Shown here piece by piece: positions 10,487-20,600 of a stretch of 64,000 nt of DNA. The translations under genes were made by a program, and so were the position numbers. The notes below the pieces were generated by a model, which saw nothing but the letters and a program-made list of their open reading frames with translations, had not been told where the DNA came from and did not search any database. Origin of the DNA: an uncultured virus (IMG/VR IMGVR_UViG_3300024343_000009) (Duplodnaviria; Heunggongvirae; Uroviricota; Caudoviricetes); the IMG/VR virus record IMGVR_UViG_3300024343_000009, positions 1 through 64,000 of that record; one strand, given 5' to 3'. How positions within the stretch are numbered: position 1 is the first letter of the stretch; each line of letters begins with the position of its first letter.

Positions 10487-11842
10487 ATGAATATTGAAAA
10501 GTCTTTGTGGTCCAGTCATGGCGACAACATCAGTCTATCGGTTCCCTTTACTAAGGTTAACCGTGAAAAAAGAACGGTGTCTGGATTTGCCACATTAGAT
10601 AACGTTGACCAAACAGGTGACGTTGTTACAGCAGAAGCAAGCATGAAAGCTTTTGAAAATTTCAGAGGGAACCTTCGTGAGATGCATAATTCTGTTGCTG
10701 TTGGAAAAGTTGTTTCTTTTAAACCAGAAACTTATTATGATCCAACTACAAAAAAGTTTTATAATGGCGTTTATGTAGATGCTTATATTTCAAAGGGTGC
10801 ACAAGATACATGGGAAAAGGTTCTTGACGGAACTCTTTCAGGTTTTTCAATTGGCGGAAAGATTAATGATTCAGATAAAGAAGTTAATAAGTCAAACGGT
10901 CAAACAGTAAGATTTATTAAGGATTACGATCTAATTGAACTTTCTATTGTTGATTCACCAGCAAACGAACTATGCAATATCATTTCTATTCAAAAAGTAA
11001 ATGGTGCATTGATGTTTAAAGGAATTGCAACTGAAGTTACAACTGAAAATATTTTTTATTGTGAAGATAGTAATTCTGTTTTTATCTCAACAGAAAAAAC
11101 ATATGACTCACCAGTATCTGGAAAGCCAGCTCAACTAATTGGTTGGGTTGAAAGTTCAGATATTAATAAGTCAAAAGAGATTGATAAGATTCTTGATGCA
11201 TATAAGCACTCAAGATTTACGTTGCCTGATACACAAATAGCAAAACAGGCAAACGCAGAAGGAGGTAATGAAGTGTCAGAAAATACAGAAAACGTAGTTG
11301 TCGAAGATGCAGCAGTCGAAGCAGCAGCTGAAGCAGTAGCACCAGAAGCAACCGTAGAAGAGACAGCAGTAGTTGCAGATGATGCAGCACCTGCAGTCGA
11401 AGATGCTCCTGCAGAAGAAGCAGCAGCAGAAGACACAACTGCCGAGACTCTGGAAAAAGCAGCCGACGTATCAGAAGATAAGGTTGATGAACCTGATTTT
11501 GCAAAGATGTTAGGCGATCTAAAAGGCTTTTTTTCAGAAACTCTAAACAAGGCATCAGAAGTTAATGCAGCACAAGTAACAACAATCCAAGAGACTGTTG
11601 AAGCTTTTAGCAAGAGCGTAGATGCTAGAATTTCAGAGTTGGCAGAACAACACACAGTGCTTTCAAGCGCTGTAAAAGATATCAAGAGCACGATTGATGG
11701 TGTACAAAAGCGTGTCGATGCAGTAGAGTCCGAGACTGCAATTAAGAAGTCTTCTGATCTTGGCCGATCAGAGGAAGTAACAATCAAGAAATCTAAATGG
11801 AACGGTTCTTTCCTCGGTTCCGTGAACGAAATATTTAACTAA
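10487..11842 (+). CDS. prohead (maturation) protease fused to scaffold domain
   Basis: VSGFAT, D..GDVV, LREMH, GFSIGG, ELSIVDSPAN (HK97-type protease); acidic Ala/Glu-rich coiled-coil C-half. Confidence 0.85.
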   Translation: MNIEKSLWSSHGDNISLSVPFTKVNREKRTVSGFATLDNVDQTGDVVTAEASMKAFENFRGNLREMHNSVAVGKVVSFKPETYYDPTTKKFYNGVYVDAYISKGAQDTWEKVLDGTLSGFSIGGKINDSDKEVNKSNGQTVRFIKDYDLIELSIVDSPANELCNIISIQKVNGALMFKGIATEVTTENIFYCEDSNSVFISTEKTYDSPVSGKPAQLIGWVESSDINKSKEIDKILDAYKHSRFTLPDTQIAKQANAEGGNEVSENTENVVVEDAAVEAAAEAVAPEATVEETAVVADDAAPAVEDAPAEEAAAEDTTAETLEKAADVSEDKVDEPDFAKMLGDLKGFFSETLNKASEVNAAQVTTIQETVEAFSKSVDARISELAEQHTVLSSAVKDIKSTIDGVQKRVDAVESETAIKKSSDLGRSEEVTIKKSKWNGSFLGSVNEIFN

Positions 11843-11857
11843 GGTAGGTAAAATAAT

Positions 11858-12907
11858 ATGAGCAATGAACTATTAGAAAAAGCAGCCGCAGCTGGTGCAA
11901 CAGTATCAACTGGATTTGGCTCAACAACTGGTGGAACAGGAGTACACAGAGCTTCCGAAAACGGAAACGGTGGACTACTTAACCCAGAACAATCTGCTCG
12001 CTTCCTAGACTATATGTTCGACGCAACCGTAATCGGTAAGGTTGCCCGCACAGTTAGACTTAAGGCAGACACAGCAGAGATTGACCGCATGTCAATTGGC
12101 GAGAAGCTTATGCGCCTCGCATCAGAAGGAGAAAACACTGGTGAAAACAGTGCAGTAACTTTCTCAAAGATCTCTTTGACAACAAAGAAGCTTCGTATGG
12201 ACTGGGAGCTTTCAACAGAGTCTCTAGAAGACAACATTGAAGGTGCAGACCTTGAAGATCACATTGCCCGCTTGATGGCAACACAAGCAGGAAATGACAT
12301 CGAAGATGTTATCCTTAACGGAAACACAGCTCTAACAGGAGATGCTCTTTACAAGTCATTTGATGGCGTTGTAAAGAAGGCAAAGGCATCAGGACGTGTC
12401 GTAGACGCAAACGGTGCTGGAGTTTCTCGTGAAGTATTCAACAAGGCACTTAAGGCTATGCCACGTAAGTACAAGCAGCGTCGTGGAGACCTTCGCTTCC
12501 TTGCTGGATCAAACTTGATTCAAGACTTCCTATATGCTAACAGCATTGGAACAAATCAGACAATTCCACAAGATATCGCTTCAAGCGTTATCCGTGGAGG
12601 AGTTGCACCACTAGGTGGACCTGCAGGATATGTGGCACCATTCGCATTTGGTATTCCAATTGTTGAAGTTCCACTTCTTCCAGAGACACAAGCTGGAGAT
12701 TACTCAGGACAAACTGGTTCACACGGAGATATCCACTTGACATTCCCAAATAACGTAGTTATTGGTATCAAGCGTGATGTAACTGTTTACCGTTTCTTCT
12801 GGCCACGTAAGGACTCAATCGAGTACACAATGTACACACGTGTTGGCGTCCAGATCGAACAAGCTGATGCTTGGGTAGTCGTAAAGAACGTTAAGGTTGC
12901 TTCTTAA
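11858..12907 (+). CDS. major capsid protein (HK97 fold)
   Basis: Follows protease; GGLLNPEQ..F, ELS.ESLEDNIEG, LNG, FDG..K; followed by strong terminator. Confidence 0.9.
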   Translation: MSNELLEKAAAAGATVSTGFGSTTGGTGVHRASENGNGGLLNPEQSARFLDYMFDATVIGKVARTVRLKADTAEIDRMSIGEKLMRLASEGENTGENSAVTFSKISLTTKKLRMDWELSTESLEDNIEGADLEDHIARLMATQAGNDIEDVILNGNTALTGDALYKSFDGVVKKAKASGRVVDANGAGVSREVFNKALKAMPRKYKQRRGDLRFLAGSNLIQDFLYANSIGTNQTIPQDIASSVIRGGVAPLGGPAGYVAPFAFGIPIVEVPLLPETQAGDYSGQTGSHGDIHLTFPNNVVIGIKRDVTVYRFFWPRKDSIEYTMYTRVGVQIEQADAWVVVKNVKVAS

Positions 12908-12922
12908 TTAGAATTAACCCTA

Positions 12923-12959
12923 GAAAGGCCCCCAATTAATTTTGGGGGCTTTTCATTTT
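12923..12959 (+). terminator. intrinsic terminator after major capsid gene
   Basis: GAAAGGCCCCCAA/TTGGGGGCTTTTC stem followed by ATTTT. Confidence 0.85.
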
Positions 12960-13003
12960 AATTTAACAATGCTATAATTGAAGAACCTAACAAAGGAGAA
13001 TAT

Positions 13004-13411
13004 ATGTCATTTGAGACATTAAAAGTTGCAGAACTCAGAAAAATTGCAGAGGACTTTGCAGTTGATACTGATGGAATTAAGAACAAGGCAGACGTTATTG
13101 CCGCACTTGCCGAAGAGGGCGTAACATGGTCTGTATATCAAAAGACAATTAAAGATGTTGAAGAGGCGGCTGAAGAGTTTGCTGAAACAGAAGAAATCCT
13201 TCCTAGATTTGATCCAAAGTCAGATAAGCCAGAGGACACAGTTCTAGTTAGAATGACTAGAGAAAATTATAGATACGATATAGTTGGATACACTTTTACA
13301 AAGGAGCACCCTTTTGTTGCAATGACAGAAGAAGATGCTCAGAAAATTTTTGACAAGGAGGAAGGTTTCCGCATAGCAACCCCTAAAGAAGTTCAGGATT
13401 ACTACGCTTAA
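13004..13411 (+). CDS. Rho-N-like helical domain protein
   Basis: LKVAELRKIAEDF...KNKADVIAAL; SD AAGGAG; TGCTATAAT upstream. Confidence 0.55.
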   Translation: MSFETLKVAELRKIAEDFAVDTDGIKNKADVIAALAEEGVTWSVYQKTIKDVEEAAEEFAETEEILPRFDPKSDKPEDTVLVRMTRENYRYDIVGYTFTKEHPFVAMTEEDAQKIFDKEEGFRIATPKEVQDYYA

Positions 13412-13421
13412 CCTTTATTAA

Positions 13422-14402
13422 ATGGAGATATTAGTAGGTACAAACTCACCAGTAAAGCACAAGGTTTATTGGAAGGGCTCTCCAAGAGATGCTGATAGTC
13501 TTCCTGTTGTTAGAGTTTATGACATAACGGAAGACCCAGCAATAACTCCTGCTATAAATCCAGGAACACTTCTTACAACATTAACTCCAACAAAAATGGA
13601 AACAGATATTGGTGTTTATGAGGTGTATCCACCACACTCACTAACAGATAGAAATAAACAGTTAAAGCTTGTTTGGCAATATAGCGTAGATGGAACTACT
13701 ATTACAAAAGAGCATAAGCTTTTTGTTGTAACTCCTTATGTTGATATTACTCAAGCAGGAGATGTCTTAAAGTTGGGGTCGGATCCTTCTGACCCAAACT
13801 ACAAGTCTTATTTTGAAATTGCAGAAGCTGAAAGATATGCAAGAAAGATAATTGAAAATTATACTGGACAAACATTTAGTCTCTACGACGATGTCCATAC
13901 CGTATACGGTGCAGGAGCAGATGTATTGCCTTTGCCATTTAAGCTTGCAGATTTACATGAGCTTTATCAAAATGACGTGTTGCTAGTTGACACTATTAAC
14001 AATGTAAATAACTGGAACTACAGCACTATTATTTCTGAAAGCGGTTTTGGGCTAAGAATTAATCGTGTAGATATGATTGACAACACAGTCTATGTGGCAA
14101 ATGGTATGATTCCTCCATCTATAAATGACATGGGTAACGGAGCATTTGCAAAAGATAGCGTATATCGTGTTGCAGGTAGATACGGTTGGGATCAAGTTCC
14201 AGATGAAGTTGAGCTTGCAGCAATTGAGCTTATGAAAGATTATTTCTCAAAGGATAAGGTCTGGAGAGACAAGTATATGAAGAGCATATCAACATTTGAC
14301 TGGAAGTTTGAATATAATTCTGAGACATACAGGGGCACTGGAAACGTTTATGTTGACCAAATTCTATTGCCTTATGTAATCAATCAGATGGTAGTTATCT
14401 AA
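13422..14402 (+). CDS. head-to-tail adaptor
   Basis: A..IIENYTGQ, GRYGW..VPDEVELAAIEL, TGN..VDQIL..Y motifs; position after capsid. Confidence 0.7.
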   Translation: MEILVGTNSPVKHKVYWKGSPRDADSLPVVRVYDITEDPAITPAINPGTLLTTLTPTKMETDIGVYEVYPPHSLTDRNKQLKLVWQYSVDGTTITKEHKLFVVTPYVDITQAGDVLKLGSDPSDPNYKSYFEIAEAERYARKIIENYTGQTFSLYDDVHTVYGAGADVLPLPFKLADLHELYQNDVLLVDTINNVNNWNYSTIISESGFGLRINRVDMIDNTVYVANGMIPPSINDMGNGAFAKDSVYRVAGRYGWDQVPDEVELAAIELMKDYFSKDKVWRDKYMKSISTFDWKFEYNSETYRGTGNVYVDQILLPYVINQMVVI

Positions 14403-14830
14403 TGTTTAATATTATAGATTCAGTATTAAGCATGAAGATGGATGTTTACAAGCAAGTAGACTACCAAGACTCAAATACTGGTGCTCTTAAAAGAGAGTGG
14501 CAATATGACAGAAGTATGGCATGTCATGCAAAAGGCGTCATATCAAACTCTGCTTCAACAAGAACTGGTGATAAGCAGGTCTTAAGTAATAGATATACAA
14601 ATGATCAGATTCTTCAAATTAGAACAACAGAAAAAGTAAGCCTTCGTGAAAAGATTACAAACATACTTGGCTCAGATGGCACAAGCATCTGGGTAGAGGC
14701 AAACTTTCCAACAGACACCCCAACAGTTTTTGAGGTTATGGGATCAACACCAATGACAGATCCTTTCGGAACTGTTGTTGGCTACAATACTACTGTGAAA
14801 AGATCGGAAAATCAAACAATTGGATACTAG
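14402..14830 (+). CDS. head closure/stopper protein
   Basis: Synteny and size (142 aa), beta-rich. Confidence 0.55.
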   Translation: MFNIIDSVLSMKMDVYKQVDYQDSNTGALKREWQYDRSMACHAKGVISNSASTRTGDKQVLSNRYTNDQILQIRTTEKVSLREKITNILGSDGTSIWVEANFPTDTPTVFEVMGSTPMTDPFGTVVGYNTTVKRSENQTIGY

Positions 14831-15614
14831 TGCCGTATTAGTAAAAGCAGCCAGTGGTTTACAGAAAACCATGGGTGGAACTAAGGGCACAATTTTACAA
14901 GATAGCACAGTAGCTCAAATATCTGCAGCTATATATTATCAAGCATCTGTTGTTTCAAAGATAATAACTAATAAACAATTTCAGTCAAAATTTCAAAGCA
15001 TTTTGTTTTCACAGATTAAAAAAGATTTTGGAAACTATGTAGACTCTCAAGCTAGAACAAACCCTAAAAGTTTGCATCATGTCTACGAATGGAAAAAGGT
15101 TGGAACCCCATCAGCAAGACTATTTGATTTAAAGATAGCTGGAACAGAGGGACTTTCTTTTAAAATTGTTTCTGAATTCAAGCCATCTAAATCAATGGTT
15201 CCAACAAACTTTGGTAAAGCAAGACATGTATTTACAAACAAAGCTTCCGTGATGGAGGCTGGAAATCCAGTAACGATTAGACCTAAAAATGCAGAAAGAC
15301 TTGTTTTTGAAATGGATGGCGTTGTTATTAGAATGCCTAAAGGTATGCCAGTTGTAGTTAAAAGACCAGGCGGCGGAAAAGCTACTGGAAGATATAAGAT
15401 AGAGTACGCTAGATTCTTTACTGGTAATCTTGTAAACCTATCAATCAAAAATTCAAAGTTTCAGCAAATATTTAATTCATCTGTAAGCAAGGCAATAAAA
15501 TTGCCAGCAGATATTAAAAAGGTTAAATATTCTTTTTCACCAAATACAGTCAACATGCAGGCTGAGACAGCCCTTGCACTAGCTTTTGGAGGCTCAAATG
15601 ACAACGGATTATAA
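14820..15614 (+). CDS. neck/tail completion protein
   Basis: Synteny; basic; LHHVYEW and IRPK.A..LVFE motifs; TTG start. Confidence 0.5.
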   Translation: MDTSAVLVKAASGLQKTMGGTKGTILQDSTVAQISAAIYYQASVVSKIITNKQFQSKFQSILFSQIKKDFGNYVDSQARTNPKSLHHVYEWKKVGTPSARLFDLKIAGTEGLSFKIVSEFKPSKSMVPTNFGKARHVFTNKASVMEAGNPVTIRPKNAERLVFEMDGVVIRMPKGMPVVVKRPGGGKATGRYKIEYARFFTGNLVNLSIKNSKFQQIFNSSVSKAIKLPADIKKVKYSFSPNTVNMQAETALALAFGGSNDNGL

Positions 15615-16110
15615 TTATGATGTAATGCTAGATCTTCGTAAGCATTTATGGAGTCAGCTTAAGTCTAATGACCTATTTGAGGCATCAGATTACTATAGCG
15701 ATAATCTGGGCGAAGAGCTTATTCCAATTATTCCAGTTCAACAGCAACCAGAAATGAATCAGTTTTTGAGCGGAAAAAAGCATATAGTATACGATAAGAT
15801 AGGCATGTCTTACGAGGATAACTGGGTCATATGCTGTGAACAAATCCTATTTACCATATATTCAACAGATATATCTGAGATCAACCAAATTAGAAACCTA
15901 ATGACAGATCTATATAGAAGAATGGATGAGTCTGCAAGGGATGCTAATCGGTATAGCGGAATATCTCAAAAGTTTAAATTTTACAGCATATTTGTAGCAG
16001 ACATATCCCCTACGGCCCCTTCAGAGGAGCTAGCAGGCTTTTTATCAGCAGATGTAATACTTGAAGTAAAGTATGCAAGGCACGTAGGCACAGACGGCAG
16101 ATTCCTATAG
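15598..16110 (+). CDS. tail terminator protein
   Basis: Directly upstream of tail tube; start moved to ATG 15598 behind SD GGAGG. Confidence 0.6.
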   Translation: MTTDYNYDVMLDLRKHLWSQLKSNDLFEASDYYSDNLGEELIPIIPVQQQPEMNQFLSGKKHIVYDKIGMSYEDNWVICCEQILFTIYSTDISEINQIRNLMTDLYRRMDESARDANRYSGISQKFKFYSIFVADISPTAPSEELAGFLSADVILEVKYARHVGTDGRFL

Positions 16111-16111
16111 T

Positions 16112-16140
16112 TTGCCTTTTGGGGCATTATACACTAAAAT
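16112..16140 (+). promoter_or_regulatory. putative promoter TTGCCT-N17-TAAAAT (tail tube)
   Basis: Matches the element at 10451-10479. Confidence 0.55.
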
Positions 16141-16227
16141 TGGATATAGAGGAAAGGGCCTAGCCAGCCACGATTTCAAAAAAGTTTAACAATATATATA
16201 TATTTTTAAAACAGGAGGTAAGACACA

Positions 16228-16914
16228 ATGGCATTTAACTCAGCCAAAAATATTCTTGTGGGAGCTTCACCGCTTTACATCTCGAATTCAGATTCATCAG
16301 TAACAGGTTATGTTGAAAACCAAGAGCCAGGTGTTGCAAAGGTTGCAACAGCTGGAAAGAAAGACGGAGTACCAGCATATTCATCATCTGCTTCATACCG
16401 TACAACTCTTGATGCAGCACAAACTACAGCAGATAATGCTTACCGTAACGTAGGTTATACAAACAATGGTCTTCAGATCACTTATAACCCAACTTACGAT
16501 TCAGTAACTGTTGACCAGTTGCTTGATACAGCAAAGCTTTTCAAGTCTGCGATGGAAGTTATGATCGCAACAGAAATGGCAGAAGGAACACTAGAGAACG
16601 TTCTAGTTGTTTTCGGACAAGGACAATCAACTCTTACAAATTCAGGTAAGACACTTGGATTGGAAGCAGGTGCTCTTGGAGTTGCTCCAACAGAACGTCA
16701 GCTAATCGCAATTGGACAAGCTCCAACTGAGACTTCAGCTACAACAGAGCGTATTTACTATGCACGTCGTGTATTGTCTGTACAACAGACACAATTCTCG
16801 CTTGCACGTAATACTCCAACATCATTCCCAGTAACATTCCGTCTGCTACCAGACGCAGGTTACACTGGTTCAGAATACGGAAAGATTATTGACCGTACTT
16901 GGACAGTAGCTTAA
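16228..16914 (+). CDS. major tail tube protein
   Basis: NILVGA, VGYT..GL...Y.P, VDQLLD, E.TLEN, FPVTFRLLPD; SD AGGAGGT; terminator follows. Confidence 0.85.
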   Translation: MAFNSAKNILVGASPLYISNSDSSVTGYVENQEPGVAKVATAGKKDGVPAYSSSASYRTTLDAAQTTADNAYRNVGYTNNGLQITYNPTYDSVTVDQLLDTAKLFKSAMEVMIATEMAEGTLENVLVVFGQGQSTLTNSGKTLGLEAGALGVAPTERQLIAIGQAPTETSATTERIYYARRVLSVQQTQFSLARNTPTSFPVTFRLLPDAGYTGSEYGKIIDRTWTVA

Positions 16915-16927
16915 TTAAATTTAAGTA

Positions 16928-16960
16928 AATAAAGCCCCCAGAAATGGGGGCTTTATTGTT
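16928..16960 (+). terminator. intrinsic terminator after tail tube gene
   Basis: AATAAAGCCCCCA-GAAA-TGGGGGCTTTATT. Confidence 0.85.
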
Positions 16961-17014
16961 GTACTGTTAACTGCAATATGTTATAATAATTAAGACGATC
17001 CTAGGAGGATTAAA

Positions 17015-17347
17015 TTGGCAACTACAGTATATAGTGTAGAAGAAATTACACTACAAGATGGCTCAACAGCTAAGCTAAAGCCCCTAAGCATTAAAGAGCT
17101 TAGAGAGTTTATGAAGGCACTACAAGGTGCAGCAGATTCAACATCAGAAACAGAAACACTAAATGTTTTAATTGATGCAGTAGCAGTAGCACTGAAAAAG
17201 CAACTACCAGATTTGGTAGCAGATAGAGATGCACTTGAAGATGCACTTGACGTACCCACAATTAATCGCATCCTTGAGGTATGCGGTGGGATTAAGATGG
17301 ATGACCCAAACCTACTAGCGGCAGCGGTTCTGGCTGGTCAGAACTAG
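17015..17347 (+). CDS. tail assembly chaperone (gpG-like)
   Basis: Between tube and tape measure genes; SD AGGAGG, TTG start; slippery site C CCA AAC near 3' end. Confidence 0.8.
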   Translation: MATTVYSVEEITLQDGSTAKLKPLSIKELREFMKALQGAADSTSETETLNVLIDAVAVALKKQLPDLVADRDALEDALDVPTINRILEVCGGIKMDDPNLLAAAVLAGQN

Positions 17348-17685
17348 ATCTTGCCGCTTTAGAGGGTGAAGTATTTCTTTTAGGAAACTGGAGGAACTAC
17401 GAAGAACTAGAAGAAAATCTTTCAATGCCAGAGCTTATTCAAACATTGAAATCTTTTAAGAAGCAAAAGTCGGAAGACAGAAAATTTGCTGCAGGACTTA
17501 AAGGAATAGAACTTAATATAGATGAAGATGAAGAAGAAGTTCCGCAAGGAAAAACCTTTGAAGATATTCGAAGAAAAGCATTAGGTATTAATGCATCAGG
17601 TGATGATATACTTTCATTACAAGGTCCATTAGCATCAGATGCAGGATTTGGAATCGGAGCTGGTTTAGGTTATTCAAGGGAGTAG
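17305..17685 (+). CDS. tail assembly chaperone -1 frameshift extension (gpGT-like)
   Basis: -1 frame is open from 17305 (PKPTSGSGSGWSELDLAALEGEVFLLGNW...) through the predicted ORF 17425..17685. Confidence 0.75.
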   Translation, partial: PKPTSGSGSGWSELDLAALEGEVFLLGNWRNYEELEENLSMPELIQTLKSFKKQKSEDRKFAAGLKGIELNIDEDEEEVPQGKTFEDIRRKALGINASGDDILSLQGPLASDAGFGIGAGLGYSRE

Positions 17686-17696
17686 TATATAGATAA

Positions 17697-20600
17697 ATGG
17701 CTGATGAAAATATTGTAACTAATATAGTTGCCAATGCTGATTTTTCAGGTCTTATTGCAGATGTCAATAAGGTCACAGCATCACTATCTAAGTTACAAAG
17801 CCAGTTAATTGCTTCAGATGCCAAGCTTGCAAATCAAGTTGCGGTAATGAACAGATCTTTCTCAGAAAACTTGAGAAGAACTGGACAATTTTCTACACAT
17901 TTTGTTACACTAACTTCAGATACTGAAAAGTTTGGTAAAAGCCTCGATGGTGGGAAGCTTAAGCTAAGAGACTACTTTAGAACTTTTCAAGAGCATACAA
18001 AAACTTCAGGCGGAATAATTAGAGATCTCGCTAAGCAGCAGGTAGCTCTACAAAATGCAATTATACAACCCCTGGGCAAAAATGCCCAGGGGCTTATGCA
18101 GTTTAACGTACAGGTTCCACAAGGCCTAGATAACATTAAAAACAAAACTGCTATTGCAAGACAAGAACTTCAGATATTAAATAAAGTAGTTCAAGATGGC
18201 GGAGTTCAACTGATTAACTGGGGTAAGAATACACAGTGGGCAGGACGCCAGCTTACAGTTGGTCTTACAGTACCTCTTGCTGCATTTGGTAAAGCGGCAG
18301 CAGATGCATTTAGAATGGCTGATGCAGAACTTACAAGATTAACAAAGGTGTATGGTGGAGTAGCCGCTACATCCGCAACAGAACTTTCTAAAATAAGAAA
18401 TGAAGTTTCTTCAACCGCAGCGGAGTTGTCAAAGGGTTACGGAGTATCTTTTAAAGAAACTATTGCGTTAGCAGCAGACATAGCAGCAACTGGAAAAACA
18501 GGAAACGAATTGCTTTCTTCTGTTAAAGAAACAAGTAGACTTGCAGTTCTGGGTGAAGTTGATAGACAAGAGGCGATGAAAGCAACTCTTGCAATTCAAA
18601 GTACTTTTAAACAAAATACAGAACAGCTTGCAGAATCAATTAACTTTTTAAACTCTGTTGAAAACCAAACTTCAACAAGTCTTGCAGATTTAGTAGAAGC
18701 TATTCCAAAAGCAGGTCCAGTAATTCAGGGAATGGGTGGAAGCGTTAAAGATCTTGCTCTGTACTTAACTGCAATGAAAGAAGGCGGAATTAATGCATCA
18801 GAAGGCGCTAATGCACTAAAGTCTGCTCTTGCATCTTTAATTAATCCAACTAAGGTTGCTAAAGAAAAATTTGCAGAGATGGGTATTGATCTAGGTGGAA
18901 TCGTTGCACAAAATGCAGGAAATCTAACAGGAACAATACTTGCTCTTCAATCAGCACTAGATGAGCTGGACCCATTAAAAAAGCAACAAGCAATCGAGCA
19001 GTTGTTTGGAAAGTTTCAGTTTGCAAGACTAAATGCTTTGTTTGCTAACTTAGGAAAACAAGGAAGCCAGACCCTTCAAGTTATGGATTTAATGAAGACC
19101 AGCTCTCAAGATCTTGCAAATGTTGCAGGACGAGAATTAAGTATGGTAACAGAGTCTGCATCTGGTAAATACAACAGAGCAATAGAAGGCCTAAAGGCAG
19201 ATCTTGCGGGTATTGGCGAAGAATTCCTTAAGGTTCAAACATTTTTTATAAACGTTGTAGATGGAATTATTGACTTTACAACTAGCTTGCCAAAACCTAT
19301 TAAGCAAATTTTAACTTTTGCAGGAGGCCTAACAGCAGTTATTGGTCCAGTTATTATGTTAACTGGTGTGCTTGCAAACTTCTTTGGATATGTAATTAAA
19401 GGTGTATCTCACTTTAAAGCATTATTTAAAGGCGGAGAAGGCTGGAAGATGCTTACTCCAGAAATCCTTGCTGCTCAAAAAGCAGGAAGCCTTGTGGAGA
19501 AAACATTTTATAGCGATGCTGCAGCAGCAACAGTATTAAAAACTGCAATAGAAGGACTAGTTGCAGAATTTACTATATTGCAATCAAAGGCTCAATCTGG
19601 AGCAATTTCAGTTGCACCAGCACTAAAGGGTATGGTTGCAAATGCAACAATGCAAAGAGTTGTAAATCCAGATCACCCATTATTGAGTCCTCAAGATACA
19701 AGATCAATGTCACATATGAATCCAGTTGGAAGAATGACTGCGGATCAAAAAGAAGGACAAACAATATTTGGAGTTGTACCTGGAGCACCTAAAGTAAATC
19801 AAGTAATAGGTAACAACCCACAAATTTATGCTAATGCCGATTTGCCAGATGTTCCAGGACTAACTAGAATTGGAAAAGCTTCCACTGGAGTTGTTGCTAG
19901 CGAAGCAGCTAAGTGGCATGCAATGACTGGTGCTCTTGCAATGCAATCAGAAGCAGAAATAAAAGCATTAAAGACAGAAGTTTCTAGAACAGGATTAATT
20001 ACACACGAACTTTCTGCTTCGTATCAAGCTCTTTTACCAGAAATGACAAAGCTAACACAAAAAGCAGCAGCAGAGTCTGCAGAAATTGTTGCAGAGCTTC
20101 AAGCAAGCAAAATAACAGTAGATCAAGCAAGAGCAAAAATTATTGCATTAAATGCACAAATAGAAGCAGCAATGGGTGCAGCTGCTACAGATATTGCAGG
20201 ACAACAGGGTAGATCTATTTCTTTAACTTCGGTTCCATTGTTAAGTCAACCAGTTGTAGATAAATCTGGAAAATCTAACATGAAGGAGCTTGCTCGTCCA
20301 GGAAGAACAAGAGGTCTTCTTAATCAAATTGCACGAGGACTTGGCGTTAAAACATTTGGTGCACCATACAGCATAGAAACTACAAGACCAAAGAGATTTG
20401 CAACAGGCAATCTAGTTCCTGGAAGCGGAAATTCAGATACAGTTCCAGCACTCCTAACACCTGGCGAATTTGTTATTAATAAAAAAGCAACAGCCGCAAA
20501 TCTTCCACTACTTGAAGCAATTAATAACGGTGGTCAGGCAAATGGAATGGGAATGGAGTATGGAGGATTCCCAGAAGACAGATATATATCTGCAGAACAA

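Noticed and set aside
11131..11787. 218-aa minus-strand Ser/Ala-rich ORF
   Set aside because: Shadow of the GCA/GAA-rich scaffold region
16192..16204. (TA)n microsatellite as a phase-variation switch
   Set aside because: Short, non-coding, outside the promoter spacer, and unremarkable in AT-rich DNA
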